A DNA stretch of 64,000 nt from Reyranellales bacterium (lineage in GTDB: Bacteria; Pseudomonadota; Alphaproteobacteria; Reyranellales; Reyranellaceae), in the NCBI GenBank assembly GCA_038224985.1, contig JBBRFD010000004.1:3689-67688 (forward strand), read 5' to 3'. Shown here one piece after another: positions 1 through 7,942 of the stretch; position 1 is the stretch's first letter; each line of letters starts with the position of its first letter. Both the position numbers and the translations under genes were made by a program. The notes beneath the pieces were generated by a model. It saw only the letters and a program-made list of their open reading frames with translations, searched no databases and was not told the origin of the DNA.

Positions 1-609
1 CGAGGTCGGGCCGATGGGTAGCCAGGGCACGACATGGGCGAAGAATTCCAGGCCGCCGTTCAGGAACGGCCCCAGCGTGTCGCGCGAGCGCAGCGCCGTC
101 GCCAGCAGGATCAGGCCGTCGACATCGACGCCGTGCTCGGCGGCGGCGAGGCTGAGTGCGCCGCCCATGCTTTCACCGGCGAGATAGAGCGGCACGCCGG
201 GGTGGCGCGCGCGGACCAGGCGGGCCACGGTCTTCACGTCCTCGATCATGGTATCGGAGCCGGCCCAGCGGCCGCGCGTGGGACTGCCGCCGAAGCCGCG
301 CTGGTCGAAGGCATAAGTGGTGATGCCGCTGCCCGCCCAGATCGCCGCCGGCTCCTCCCAGGCATTGCGATAATCGCCGAAGCCGTGGATGCCCAGGATC
401 ACCGCCTTGGGCAGCCTCTCCGCGCCGGCCGTAGCCGGCCAGACGGCCAGTGGCAGGGCGGCGCCGTCGGCGGCGATATAGCGGCCTTCCTCCAGGGTGG
501 GCTGGCGCAGTGTCTCGCCGGCCGGAACCACCGTCGGGGCGCAGTTTGCGAGCATGACCGCGCCCAGGAGCGCGGCTAATATCCGGAAAGATCGAGCAAG
601 CTGGGACAT
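1..609 (-). CDS. Alpha/beta hydrolase, lysophospholipase/monoglyceride-lipase-like, probable lipoprotein (3' end runs off window)
   Basis: Manual minus-strand translation from ATG 609: MSQLARSFRILAALLGAVMLANCAP (lipobox-like LANC), IHGFGDY, FDQRGFG, nucleophile elbow GESMGG. Not in the ORF track because it is truncated by the window edge. Confidence 0.85.
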   Translation of the reverse strand, partial: MSQLARSFRILAALLGAVMLANCAPTVVPAGETLRQPTLEEGRYIAADGAALPLAVWPATAGAERLPKAVILGIHGFGDYRNAWEEPAAIWAGSGITTYAFDQRGFGGSPTRGRWAGSDTMIEDVKTVARLVRARHPGVPLYLAGESMGGALSLAAAEHGVDVDGLILLATALRSRDTLGPFLNGGLEFFAHVVPWLPIGPTS

Positions 610-621
610 CAGGAGAGCGTC

Positions 622-804
622 GTGACCGAACCGTTTGAAACCATCACCGTCGATACCGATCGCGTTGCCTGCGATGGCGGCGGCGCGCTGGGACATCCCA
701 AAGTCTATCTCAATCTCGGCACCGAAGGACATGTCGAATGTCCCTATTGCAGCCGGAACTACGTCCTGCGCGAGGGCGCCGACACCCACGCTCACGCCCA
801 CTAG
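622..804 (+). CDS. Small zinc-finger protein (zf-CHCC, NDUFS6-like)
   Basis: VACDGGGALGHPKVYL...CPYC motif; GTG start preceded by AGGAG. Confidence 0.85.
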   Translation: MTEPFETITVDTDRVACDGGGALGHPKVYLNLGTEGHVECPYCSRNYVLREGADTHAHAH

Positions 805-815
805 AGGTTCCCACC

Positions 816-1274
816 ATGAAGCAGTTGGGGGAAGGCTGGAACTGGAAGGAACTCAAGCTCGGCGACCGTTACATCACCTACGGGCGAACGATCTTCGAGG
901 CCGACCTGCTGAATTTCGTGACGCTTTGCGGCTTTTCCGAGGAGCTGTTCACCAACAAGGAATATATCGCCAGCCACGCACCGATGCGCGGTGGCCACCC
1001 GGTGCCCGGCGCGCTGATCTATTGCTTCGCCGAAGGCCTCGTTATTCCCACGACCCTGCAAGCTTCGGGTCTCGCTTTCCTGTCGATGGGCTTCGACATC
1101 AAGGGCCCGACCTATGTCAACGATACGATCCATGTCGAGATCGAGATCACCGAGATCAAGCCGACCTCCAAGGATGCCAGCCGCGCGCTGGTGCGCACGA
1201 CCAACACCGTGAAGAACCAGAACGATGGCGTCGTGCAGGTCTATACGCCACTCCGGATGATGCAGGGGCGCTGA
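816..1274 (+). CDS. MaoC/PaaZ-like hot-dog-fold dehydratase
   Basis: GRTIFEADLLNF...GPTYVNDTIHVEIEI...VKNQN pattern; start moved to ATG 816 after GAGGT. Confidence 0.8.
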   Translation: MKQLGEGWNWKELKLGDRYITYGRTIFEADLLNFVTLCGFSEELFTNKEYIASHAPMRGGHPVPGALIYCFAEGLVIPTTLQASGLAFLSMGFDIKGPTYVNDTIHVEIEITEIKPTSKDASRALVRTTNTVKNQNDGVVQVYTPLRMMQGR

Positions 1275-1275
1275 T

Positions 1276-2052
1276 ATGGCCAAAGTAGCGGTCGAGAAAG
1301 AAGGCCCGGTCACCGTCGTCTCGATCGACCGCTTCGCCGAGGCGCGCAACGCCGTCGATCCCGAGACCGCGATCCTGTTGCGCGAGGCCTTCCTTGCCTT
1401 CGATGCCGACGAGACGCAATCGGTTGCCATCCTGACCGGCCGCGACGGCACCTTCTGCGCCGGTTTCGATCTCAAGGTCGCGGCCGAGCGCGCGGGCGAG
1501 AGCCTGTATGAGCCGTCCGGTCCCGGACCGATGGGACCGACGCGGCATCTCCTCTCCAAGCCCGTGATTGCCGCGGTCGAAGGCTATGCCGTGGCCGGCG
1601 GCCTCGAACTGGCGCTGTGGTGCGATCTGCGCGTCGCTTCCACGAAGGCGAAGTTCGGCGTCTTCTGCCGGCGCTGGGGCGTGCCGCTGATCGACGGCGG
1701 CACGGTGCGATTGCCGCGCCTGATCGGCCAGAGCCGCGCACTCGACATGATCCTCACCGGTCGCGAAGTGGGCGCCGAGGAAGCTTTCTCATGGGGCCTC
1801 GCCAATCGCCTCGTGCCGGCGGGGCAGGCACTGGAAGAGGCCAAGGCACTGGCGCTGCAACTCGCCAGGTTCCCGCAAACCTGCCTGCGCTCGGATCGCC
1901 GTTCATCCTACGAGCAATGGGGCCTCGACCTGCGCGAGGCACTCACCCACGAAGGCGAGCTCGGCATGCCGGCCCTGAAGGCCGAATCGCGCAACGGCGC
2001 CGCCCGCTTCGCCGCCGGCAAGGGCCGGGGCGGGAATTTCGGAAATATCTGA
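1276..2052 (+). CDS. Crotonase/enoyl-CoA hydratase family protein
   Basis: FCAGFDL, KPVIAAVEGYAVAGGLELAL, FGVFCRRWGVPLIDGG. Confidence 0.9.
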   Translation: MAKVAVEKEGPVTVVSIDRFAEARNAVDPETAILLREAFLAFDADETQSVAILTGRDGTFCAGFDLKVAAERAGESLYEPSGPGPMGPTRHLLSKPVIAAVEGYAVAGGLELALWCDLRVASTKAKFGVFCRRWGVPLIDGGTVRLPRLIGQSRALDMILTGREVGAEEAFSWGLANRLVPAGQALEEAKALALQLARFPQTCLRSDRRSSYEQWGLDLREALTHEGELGMPALKAESRNGAARFAAGKGRGGNFGNI

Positions 2053-2294
2053 TGGCCTTCGACAAGGATCCGCTCGACGTCGCCCTCGACATTAAACGCG
2101 GCTTCGCGCGAACGGTGATGAGTCGCGACAAGCCGTCGCTGCTCGATGTCGGCTACGCGCTGGGCGTCCTGCTGTGGTGGTTCATCGTCTTCGGCATCCT
2201 GTCGGTCGCGGGTGCGAACGCAGTCGCCGCCAGCGTCGTTGCGGCCATGCTGTGCTGGTTCTGGCCGCTGCTGCCCGGAGTCGGACGTCGATGA
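2052..2294 (+). CDS. Small (80 aa) hypothetical membrane protein
   Basis: ATG overlaps crotonase stop (TGATG); two hydrophobic segments (VGYALGVLLWWFIVFGIL; AVAASVVAAMLCWFWPLL). Confidence 0.6.
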   Translation: MAFDKDPLDVALDIKRGFARTVMSRDKPSLLDVGYALGVLLWWFIVFGILSVAGANAVAASVVAAMLCWFWPLLPGVGRR

Positions 2295-2392
2295 GTCTAT
2301 CGGCCGTCCGAGGTCCCACATGAGCATGATACGAGCGCCACTGGAATAGCGCGCTCGCAGCGATGACTTGAGGCCGCTTGGCCGAAACGGCG

Positions 2393-3415
2393 CTATGGCA
2401 CCAGCACGGCTTTGCCGACGATGGTGCGGTCTTCGATCATCTTGAAGGCCTTCACGTAGTCGGCGAGGTCGAATTTGCCGGTGACCATGGCCTTGAGCTT
2501 GCCCTCGGTGAACCAGCGCATCAGTTCGGTCTGCGCGTCCATCACCAGCGCGCGGCGCTTGGCCAGTGCCGCGGCTTCCTTGGGCGAGGGGGCGGTCTTG
2601 CCGCCCCAGCCGTTGTAGTAGCCATAGTAGAAGCCGATCACGGTGACGTTCTTGACCAGCAGGATATTGGCCGGGATCTGCGGAACGACGCCGCTGGCGA
2701 AGCCCATGGGAATGATGCGGCCCTCGGGCGCAACGCAGCGCATCGAGGCGGCGAAGGCATCGCCGCCGACCGGATCGTAGATCACGTCGGCGCCGCGCCC
2801 ATCGGTCAACTCCAGCACCTTGGTGCGCAAGTCCTCCGTGCGGTAATCGATCAGATGATCGGCGCCGACAGTTTTTGCGGCGGCGAGCTTATCGGTGCCG
2901 CCTGCGCTGGCGATCACCGTGGCGCCCATCGCCTTGCCGACCTCGATGCCGGTCAAGCCCGATCCGCCGCCGGCGCCATGCACCAGCAGCACTTCGCCGG
3001 GCTGCAGGTCGGCCTTCCATTTCAGTGCGCCATAGGCGGTGGGATAGAGCGTCGGGAAGTTCGTTGCCTCGGCATAGGGCAGGGCGTCGGGGATCGGCAC
3101 GGCATTGGCCGCGATGGTCACGCAGTATTCGGCGAAGCCGCCGCGGCTGCCGCCGGTGGCGATGCGCTGGCCAACCTTCAGGTTCGTGACGCCTTCGCCC
3201 AAGGCCACGACCTCGCCCGCGATCTCGTTGCCCGGCACGAAGGGCAGCGGCGGCTTGTTCTGGTGCTTGCCCTGGATGCCCAACAGGGCGGCGAAGCTTA
3301 CGCCCGCCGCGCCAACCTTGACGAGGACCTCGCCGGGAGCCGGCGCGGGCTTCGGAATGTCCATGACCTTGAGGGACTCGATCGGGCCATAGGCCTCGCA
3401 AACCAGCGCTCGCAT
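2393..3415 (-). CDS. NADPH:quinone oxidoreductase (zeta-crystallin-type MDR family)
   Basis: PLPFVPGNEIAG, VLLVHGAGGGSG, DVIYDPVGG, GKAVL C-terminus. Confidence 0.9.
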   Translation of the reverse strand: MRALVCEAYGPIESLKVMDIPKPAPAPGEVLVKVGAAGVSFAALLGIQGKHQNKPPLPFVPGNEIAGEVVALGEGVTNLKVGQRIATGGSRGGFAEYCVTIAANAVPIPDALPYAEATNFPTLYPTAYGALKWKADLQPGEVLLVHGAGGGSGLTGIEVGKAMGATVIASAGGTDKLAAAKTVGADHLIDYRTEDLRTKVLELTDGRGADVIYDPVGGDAFAASMRCVAPEGRIIPMGFASGVVPQIPANILLVKNVTVIGFYYGYYNGWGGKTAPSPKEAAALAKRRALVMDAQTELMRWFTEGKLKAMVTGKFDLADYVKAFKMIEDRTIVGKAVLVP

Positions 3416-3424
3416 CTCTGCCTC

Positions 3425-4186
3425 TTACTTTTCGAATTTTCCGTGCCGGCCTTCGCCCTGGGCGAAGCGCGCGGCGCCGCTTTGCGACTCCTGGCGGCGC
3501 GCCGCCAGCGACAGCTCCATCTCGCGCTGGATTGCCGCCCGCTCGTCGCGGTCGAAGCTCTCATAGGCCGATTGCCGGTCGGAGGTCATGGCGATGGGTG
3601 GAAAGCCCGCGATCCCGGCCGCCAGCTTCTCGGCCTCGGCGCGGGTCGTGCCGCGCGCGACCTTGCGGGTGGCGAGGCCAATGGTGATGGCCTCATCGGC
3701 GCCGACGGCGCGGCCCGTGAGCAGCATGTCGAGGGCGCGGCCCTGGCCGACGATGCGCGGCAGGCGCACCGTCGTGCCGTCGCTCATCGGCACGCCCCAG
3801 CGGCGCGAGAAGACGCCGAAGGTGGCGGTGTCGTCGACGATGCGGATGTCGCAGAACAGCGCCACGCCCAGCCCGCCAGCGCAGGCATGGCCCTCGACAG
3901 CGGCGATCACCGGCTTGGAGAGGGGTGCGCGCAAGGGCCCGCCCTCGCTGCCGGCCCAGGGAAAGTAGTCGGTGCCGCCGCCCAGCTCCTTGAGGTCCGC
4001 TCCGGCACAGAAGGCGCCACCGGCGCCGGTCAACACGGCGACGCGCGCCTCTATGTCGGCTTCGAAAGCGTGGAGCGCATCGGCCAGCGCATGGGTCGCC
4101 TCGTTGTCGAGGGCGTTTTTCATCTTCGGACGGTTGATTATGATTGTTGTGACGGGCCCATTCCGCTCGACGAGGATCTTGCTCAT
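3425..4186 (-). CDS. Crotonase/enoyl-CoA hydratase family protein (paralog of 1276-2052)
   Basis: FCAGADL, KPVIAAVEG, FGVFSRRWGVPMSDG; start at MSKILVER overlapping the upstream stop (ATGA). Confidence 0.9.
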   Translation of the reverse strand: MSKILVERNGPVTTIIINRPKMKNALDNEATHALADALHAFEADIEARVAVLTGAGGAFCAGADLKELGGGTDYFPWAGSEGGPLRAPLSKPVIAAVEGHACAGGLGVALFCDIRIVDDTATFGVFSRRWGVPMSDGTTVRLPRIVGQGRALDMLLTGRAVGADEAITIGLATRKVARGTTRAEAEKLAAGIAGFPPIAMTSDRQSAYESFDRDERAAIQREMELSLAARRQESQSGAARFAQGEGRHGKFEK

Positions 4187-4560
4187 CTGACCGTCGCGAG
4201 CTCGTCTTCGAGCTGGCCGTTGGAGCGGCGCGGCGTGCGGAAGTACCACCAGTTCTTCACCGCGGTCCAATTCTCGGTCTTGGCGGTGCGGCCGGTCCAG
4301 ACGCAGCGCTTGAAGTCCTTGGTCGCTTCCCTGAAAGCCTTGTCGGCACCGTCGAGCTTGAGGGCATGGTCGCCCAACTCCTCGCGGCTGAACATCGGCT
4401 GCGCCTCCTCGATCAGCTGGCGCACGTCGACATCGTTGCGCCAGTTGTCGAGATCGAAGTTATAGCCGGTCTTGTCGAGGTCGGTCGTGAAGGTGGCCCA
4501 CTGGTCGATCTGTTCGCGCTGCTCGTCGACATTGGGCGGCGGCGGAGGAGGGGTGCTCAT
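4183..4560 (-). CDS. Hypothetical 125 aa acidic/Trp-rich protein, putative immunity protein
   Basis: Translationally coupled (ATGA) to the toxin-like gene; W..F...L...GY.FDLDNW.ND...R and WWY..P pattern; coding-like codon usage. Confidence 0.6.
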   Translation of the reverse strand: MSTPPPPPPNVDEQREQIDQWATFTTDLDKTGYNFDLDNWRNDVDVRQLIEEAQPMFSREELGDHALKLDGADKAFREATKDFKRCVWTGRTAKTENWTAVKNWWYFRTPRRSNGQLEDELATVR

Positions 4561-5036
4561 TCGCCGCGCTCCGCCTGGCGTTTATAGTAGCGCTCGCCAT
4601 CGTTGGGTTTGAAGAAGGTGCGGATCGTGCCGTTGGGATTGAAAGCGATGAAGGCTCCTGTCTGGCGGTCGAAGCGTGTCGTCACGCCATCGCCGCGCAC
4701 CGTCTCTAGCACATGTCCGCCGGCGGCGATGTCGCGCAGCAACTGGGCCTGGTGCAGATAATCCTGCCTGGTGATGCGCCCGAACTCGACGCCATGCTTG
4801 TCGAAATGCTCGTCGAGGCGGCGGGCATCGGCGAAGCCCACGGCATTGCCCCAGCTCTTGCCGGTCTTGCCGCTCTCCTTGTTGCCGGCGGCCGGCGCGG
4901 GAGCAGATACGGCGTCGCGTGCCACATCGCGCTGTCCGCGTTCTGCTATCCCTTGCCAGGCGAGGTAGCCTGCCACCACGGCCAGTGCGGCCATGAGGAG
5001 ACGGCGCAGCGGCCAACGGGTCGTGCCTGTGATCAT
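4557..5036 (-). CDS. N-terminally membrane-anchored protein with C-terminal pyocin/CdiA-type RNase-toxin-like domain
   Basis: TM LLMAALAVVAGYLAW, low-complexity linker, then LDEHFDKHGVEFG...YL..A...RFD..TGAF....GTIRTFFKP.DG..YY..Q. Confidence 0.65.
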   Translation of the reverse strand: MITGTTRWPLRRLLMAALAVVAGYLAWQGIAERGQRDVARDAVSAPAPAAGNKESGKTGKSWGNAVGFADARRLDEHFDKHGVEFGRITRQDYLHQAQLLRDIAAGGHVLETVRGDGVTTRFDRQTGAFIAFNPNGTIRTFFKPNDGERYYKRQAERGE

Positions 5037-5040
5037 CCGG

Positions 5041-6228
5041 CTATTGTGCGCCACCCTTGAACCAGCGCGCAATCATGCGGCGCTCGGCATCGGTGATTTC
5101 GGTCATGTTTCCCGGCGGCATGACCCTGGTGGCGGCGGACTGCTGATGGATGGCGGCGGCGCGCGCCCGGATCTGGCCTTCGCTCTCCAGAATGACGCCT
5201 TTGGGCGGAGCCGCGATGCCCTGCTGGGTCGGTTTCGCGGCGTGACACGACACGCAGCGTGCTTGCACGATCGGCAGGACCTCGGTGAAAGCCACGGGGC
5301 CGCCGCCATCGTCGCTGGGACGCGGCACCGCGAGCAGGGCGGTCAGCGCCAGCACGACCAGGCCCGAGATGCCGACCAGAGGATTGGCATTGCCCTTGTG
5401 ACGCTGCACGAACCAGATACGGACCAAGGCGCTGGCCACCGACAACATCATCAGCAGCACCCAGTTCCACGGATGGCCATGGATGCCGGCGTAGTGATTG
5501 CTGATCATGGTGAACAGCACCGGCAGGGTGAAGTAGGTGTTGTGGACCGAGCGCTGGCGTCCCATCAGCCCGTGTTTGGGATCGGGCCTGCGGCCTTCCT
5601 CCTTGGCCTTCACCAGTTCCTTCTGGCCCGGGATGATCACGAAATAAACGTTGAGCGCCATAATTGCGCCCAGCATGCCGCCGAAATGGATGAAGGCGCC
5701 GCGGCCGGAGAAGATCTGGCAGAGCCCCCAGGCGGCCAGCGTGCAGAGCAGGAACAGCAACCCGCCCAGCACGGCGTCGTCCTCGCCGAAGGCCGACTTG
5801 CACAGCCAGTCGTAGACCAGCCAGCCGCCGACCAGAAAGGCGAGGCCGATGGCGATGGCTTGTGGCTGGCTGAGCGCCATCACCGCCGGATCGATCAGGG
5901 CGACTTCGGCACCGTAGTAATAGACGAGGCACAGCAGGAAGATGCCGGTGACCAGGGTCGTGTAGGCTTCCCATTTGAACCAGTGCAACTCGGGCGGCAG
6001 CGTTTCCGGCGCCAGGGTGAATTTCTTGGCGGTGTAGAAGCCGCCGCCATGGACCGCCCAGACCTCGCCACCGATGCCCTTGGCGGCATCGATCGGGTCG
6101 AGCGGCTTGTGCAGATGGTTGTCCAGCCAGATGAAGTAGAACGACGCCCCGACCCAGGCGATGCCCACGATCATATGGGCCCAGCGCAGAATCAGATTCA
6201 GCCAGTCGGCGATATAGGCGGCGTCCAT
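5041..6228 (-). CDS. puuD: Urate hydroxylase PuuD (membrane domain + cytochrome c)
   Basis: RWAHMIVGIAWVGASFYF, WAVHGGGFY, LHWFKWEAYTT, RSVHNTYFTLPVLFTMISNHY, C-terminal CVSCH heme motif. Confidence 0.9.
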   Translation of the reverse strand: MDAAYIADWLNLILRWAHMIVGIAWVGASFYFIWLDNHLHKPLDPIDAAKGIGGEVWAVHGGGFYTAKKFTLAPETLPPELHWFKWEAYTTLVTGIFLLCLVYYYGAEVALIDPAVMALSQPQAIAIGLAFLVGGWLVYDWLCKSAFGEDDAVLGGLLFLLCTLAAWGLCQIFSGRGAFIHFGGMLGAIMALNVYFVIIPGQKELVKAKEEGRRPDPKHGLMGRQRSVHNTYFTLPVLFTMISNHYAGIHGHPWNWVLLMMLSVASALVRIWFVQRHKGNANPLVGISGLVVLALTALLAVPRPSDDGGGPVAFTEVLPIVQARCVSCHAAKPTQQGIAAPPKGVILESEGQIRARAAAIHQQSAATRVMPPGNMTEITDAERRMIARWFKGGAQ

Positions 6229-6311
6229 ATTCTCTCGTAGCGCCTTGCCGGGTGACCCCTCAAGGCTGTAAATCGCCCTGCATATTGAATTTAGAGATCA
6301 AGGGAGAAGAA

Positions 6312-7934
6312 ATGGCGGCTTTGGACCTTCCGGCGGGCGTTGAAATCGAGGGCGCGATCAAGCCCGGTTTCGAAAAGGTGCTCACCAAAGAGGCAGTGAC
6401 CTTCATCGCCGACCTGCACCGCAAGTTCAATGCATGCCGTGAGGAACTGCTGGCCGCCCGCGTCGAGCGCCAGAAGTGCCTCGATTCCGGCGAGAAGCCC
6501 GATTTCCTGCCGCAGACCAAGCAAATCCGCGACAGCGATTGGACCGTGGCGCCGTTGCCCCAGGACATCCTCGACCGCCGCGTCGAGATCACCGGGCCGG
6601 TCGATCGCAAGATGATCATCAACGCGCTGAACTGCGGCGCCAATGTCTTCATGGCCGATTTCGAGGATGCCTCGACGCCGACCTGGGCCAATATGATCGA
6701 GGGCCAGTTCAATCTGGCCGATGCCGTGCGCGGCCAGATCGACTATTTCGACCCCAACAACGGCAAGTCCTACAAGCTGAACGACAAGATCGCGACGCTG
6801 TTCGTGCGCCCGCGTGGCTGGCATCTGCTCGAGAAGCACATGACCGTCGATGGCCAGCCGATGTCGGGCTCCCTGTTCGATTTCGGCCTCTACTTCTTCC
6901 ACAACGCCCGGGAAGCGCTGTCGCGCGGCACCGGTCCTTATTTCTATCTGCCGAAGATCGAGAGCCATCTCGAGGCGCGGCTGTGGAACGACGTGTTTGT
7001 GGCGGCGCAGGACGCGCTTGGCGTGCCGCAGAAGTCGATCAAGGCCACCGTGCTGATCGAGACCATCCTCGCCACCTTCGAGATGGACGAGATCCTGTGG
7101 GAATTGAAGGACCATTCGGCCGGCCTCAACTGCGGCCGCTGGGATTACATCTTCAGCTTCATCAAGAAATTCCGCGAGCAGGAATGGGCCGTGCTGCCCG
7201 ACCGCGGCACGGTCGGCATGACCGCGCATTTCCTGCGCAGCTACAGCCAGCTCGTCATCAAGACCTGCCATCGCCGCGAAGTGCACGCGATGGGCGGCAT
7301 GGCGGCGCAGATTCCGATCAAGAACGATACCGCCGCCAACGACGAGGCGATGGGCCGCGTTCATGCCGACAAGAAGCGCGAAGCGGGCGACGGTCATGAC
7401 GGCACCTGGGTCGCGCATCCCGGCCTCGTGCCGATCGCCAAGGCCGAGTTCGATGCCGTCATGAAGGAAGCCAACCAGATCGCGCGCAAGCGCCAGGACG
7501 TGCATGTCACGGCGGCCGATCTCATCACCATGCCGACGGGCCCGAAGACCGAAGCCGGCCTGCGCCAGAACGTGGCGGTCGGCATCGGCTATGTCGAAGC
7601 CTGGCTGCGCGGCGTCGGCTGTGTGCCGCTGTTCAACCTGATGGAGGACGCCGCCACCGCCGAGATCAGCCGCGCGCAGGTATGGCAGTGGGTGCGCCAC
7701 AACCAGAAGCTCGACGACGGCCGCCAGATCACCAAGGAGCTGGTGCGCCAGATCGTGCGCGAGGAACTCGACAAGGTGAAGGCGCAGATGGGCGACGAAG
7801 CCTATGGCAAGGGCCGTCATGAGGAGGCCGCCCAGCTCATGATCGACCTGGTCGAGCAGTCGCAATTCTACGATTTCCTGACGCTGCCGGCCTACGACCG
7901 CATCATCGCCGACGAGAAAAAAGCGGCGGCCTGA
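6312..7934 (+). CDS. aceB: Malate synthase A
   Basis: DRRVEITGP, MADFED, VRPRGWHL, YFYLPKIESHLEARLWN, GLNCGRWDYIFS, LMEDAATAEISR; ATG 6312 after GGGAGA. Confidence 0.95.
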   Translation: MAALDLPAGVEIEGAIKPGFEKVLTKEAVTFIADLHRKFNACREELLAARVERQKCLDSGEKPDFLPQTKQIRDSDWTVAPLPQDILDRRVEITGPVDRKMIINALNCGANVFMADFEDASTPTWANMIEGQFNLADAVRGQIDYFDPNNGKSYKLNDKIATLFVRPRGWHLLEKHMTVDGQPMSGSLFDFGLYFFHNAREALSRGTGPYFYLPKIESHLEARLWNDVFVAAQDALGVPQKSIKATVLIETILATFEMDEILWELKDHSAGLNCGRWDYIFSFIKKFREQEWAVLPDRGTVGMTAHFLRSYSQLVIKTCHRREVHAMGGMAAQIPIKNDTAANDEAMGRVHADKKREAGDGHDGTWVAHPGLVPIAKAEFDAVMKEANQIARKRQDVHVTAADLITMPTGPKTEAGLRQNVAVGIGYVEAWLRGVGCVPLFNLMEDAATAEISRAQVWQWVRHNQKLDDGRQITKELVRQIVREELDKVKAQMGDEAYGKGRHEEAAQLMIDLVEQSQFYDFLTLPAYDRIIADEKKAAA

Positions 7935-7942
7935 GGTCTCAC

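Noticed and set aside
2328-2357. CGAGCGC...GCGCTCG stem between convergent genes as a terminator or sRNA
   Set aside because: Short stem, large loop and no U-tract; insufficient support.
2378-4465. 695 aa plus-strand ORF
   Set aside because: Antisense shadow of the MDR, crotonase and hypothetical genes; no motifs.
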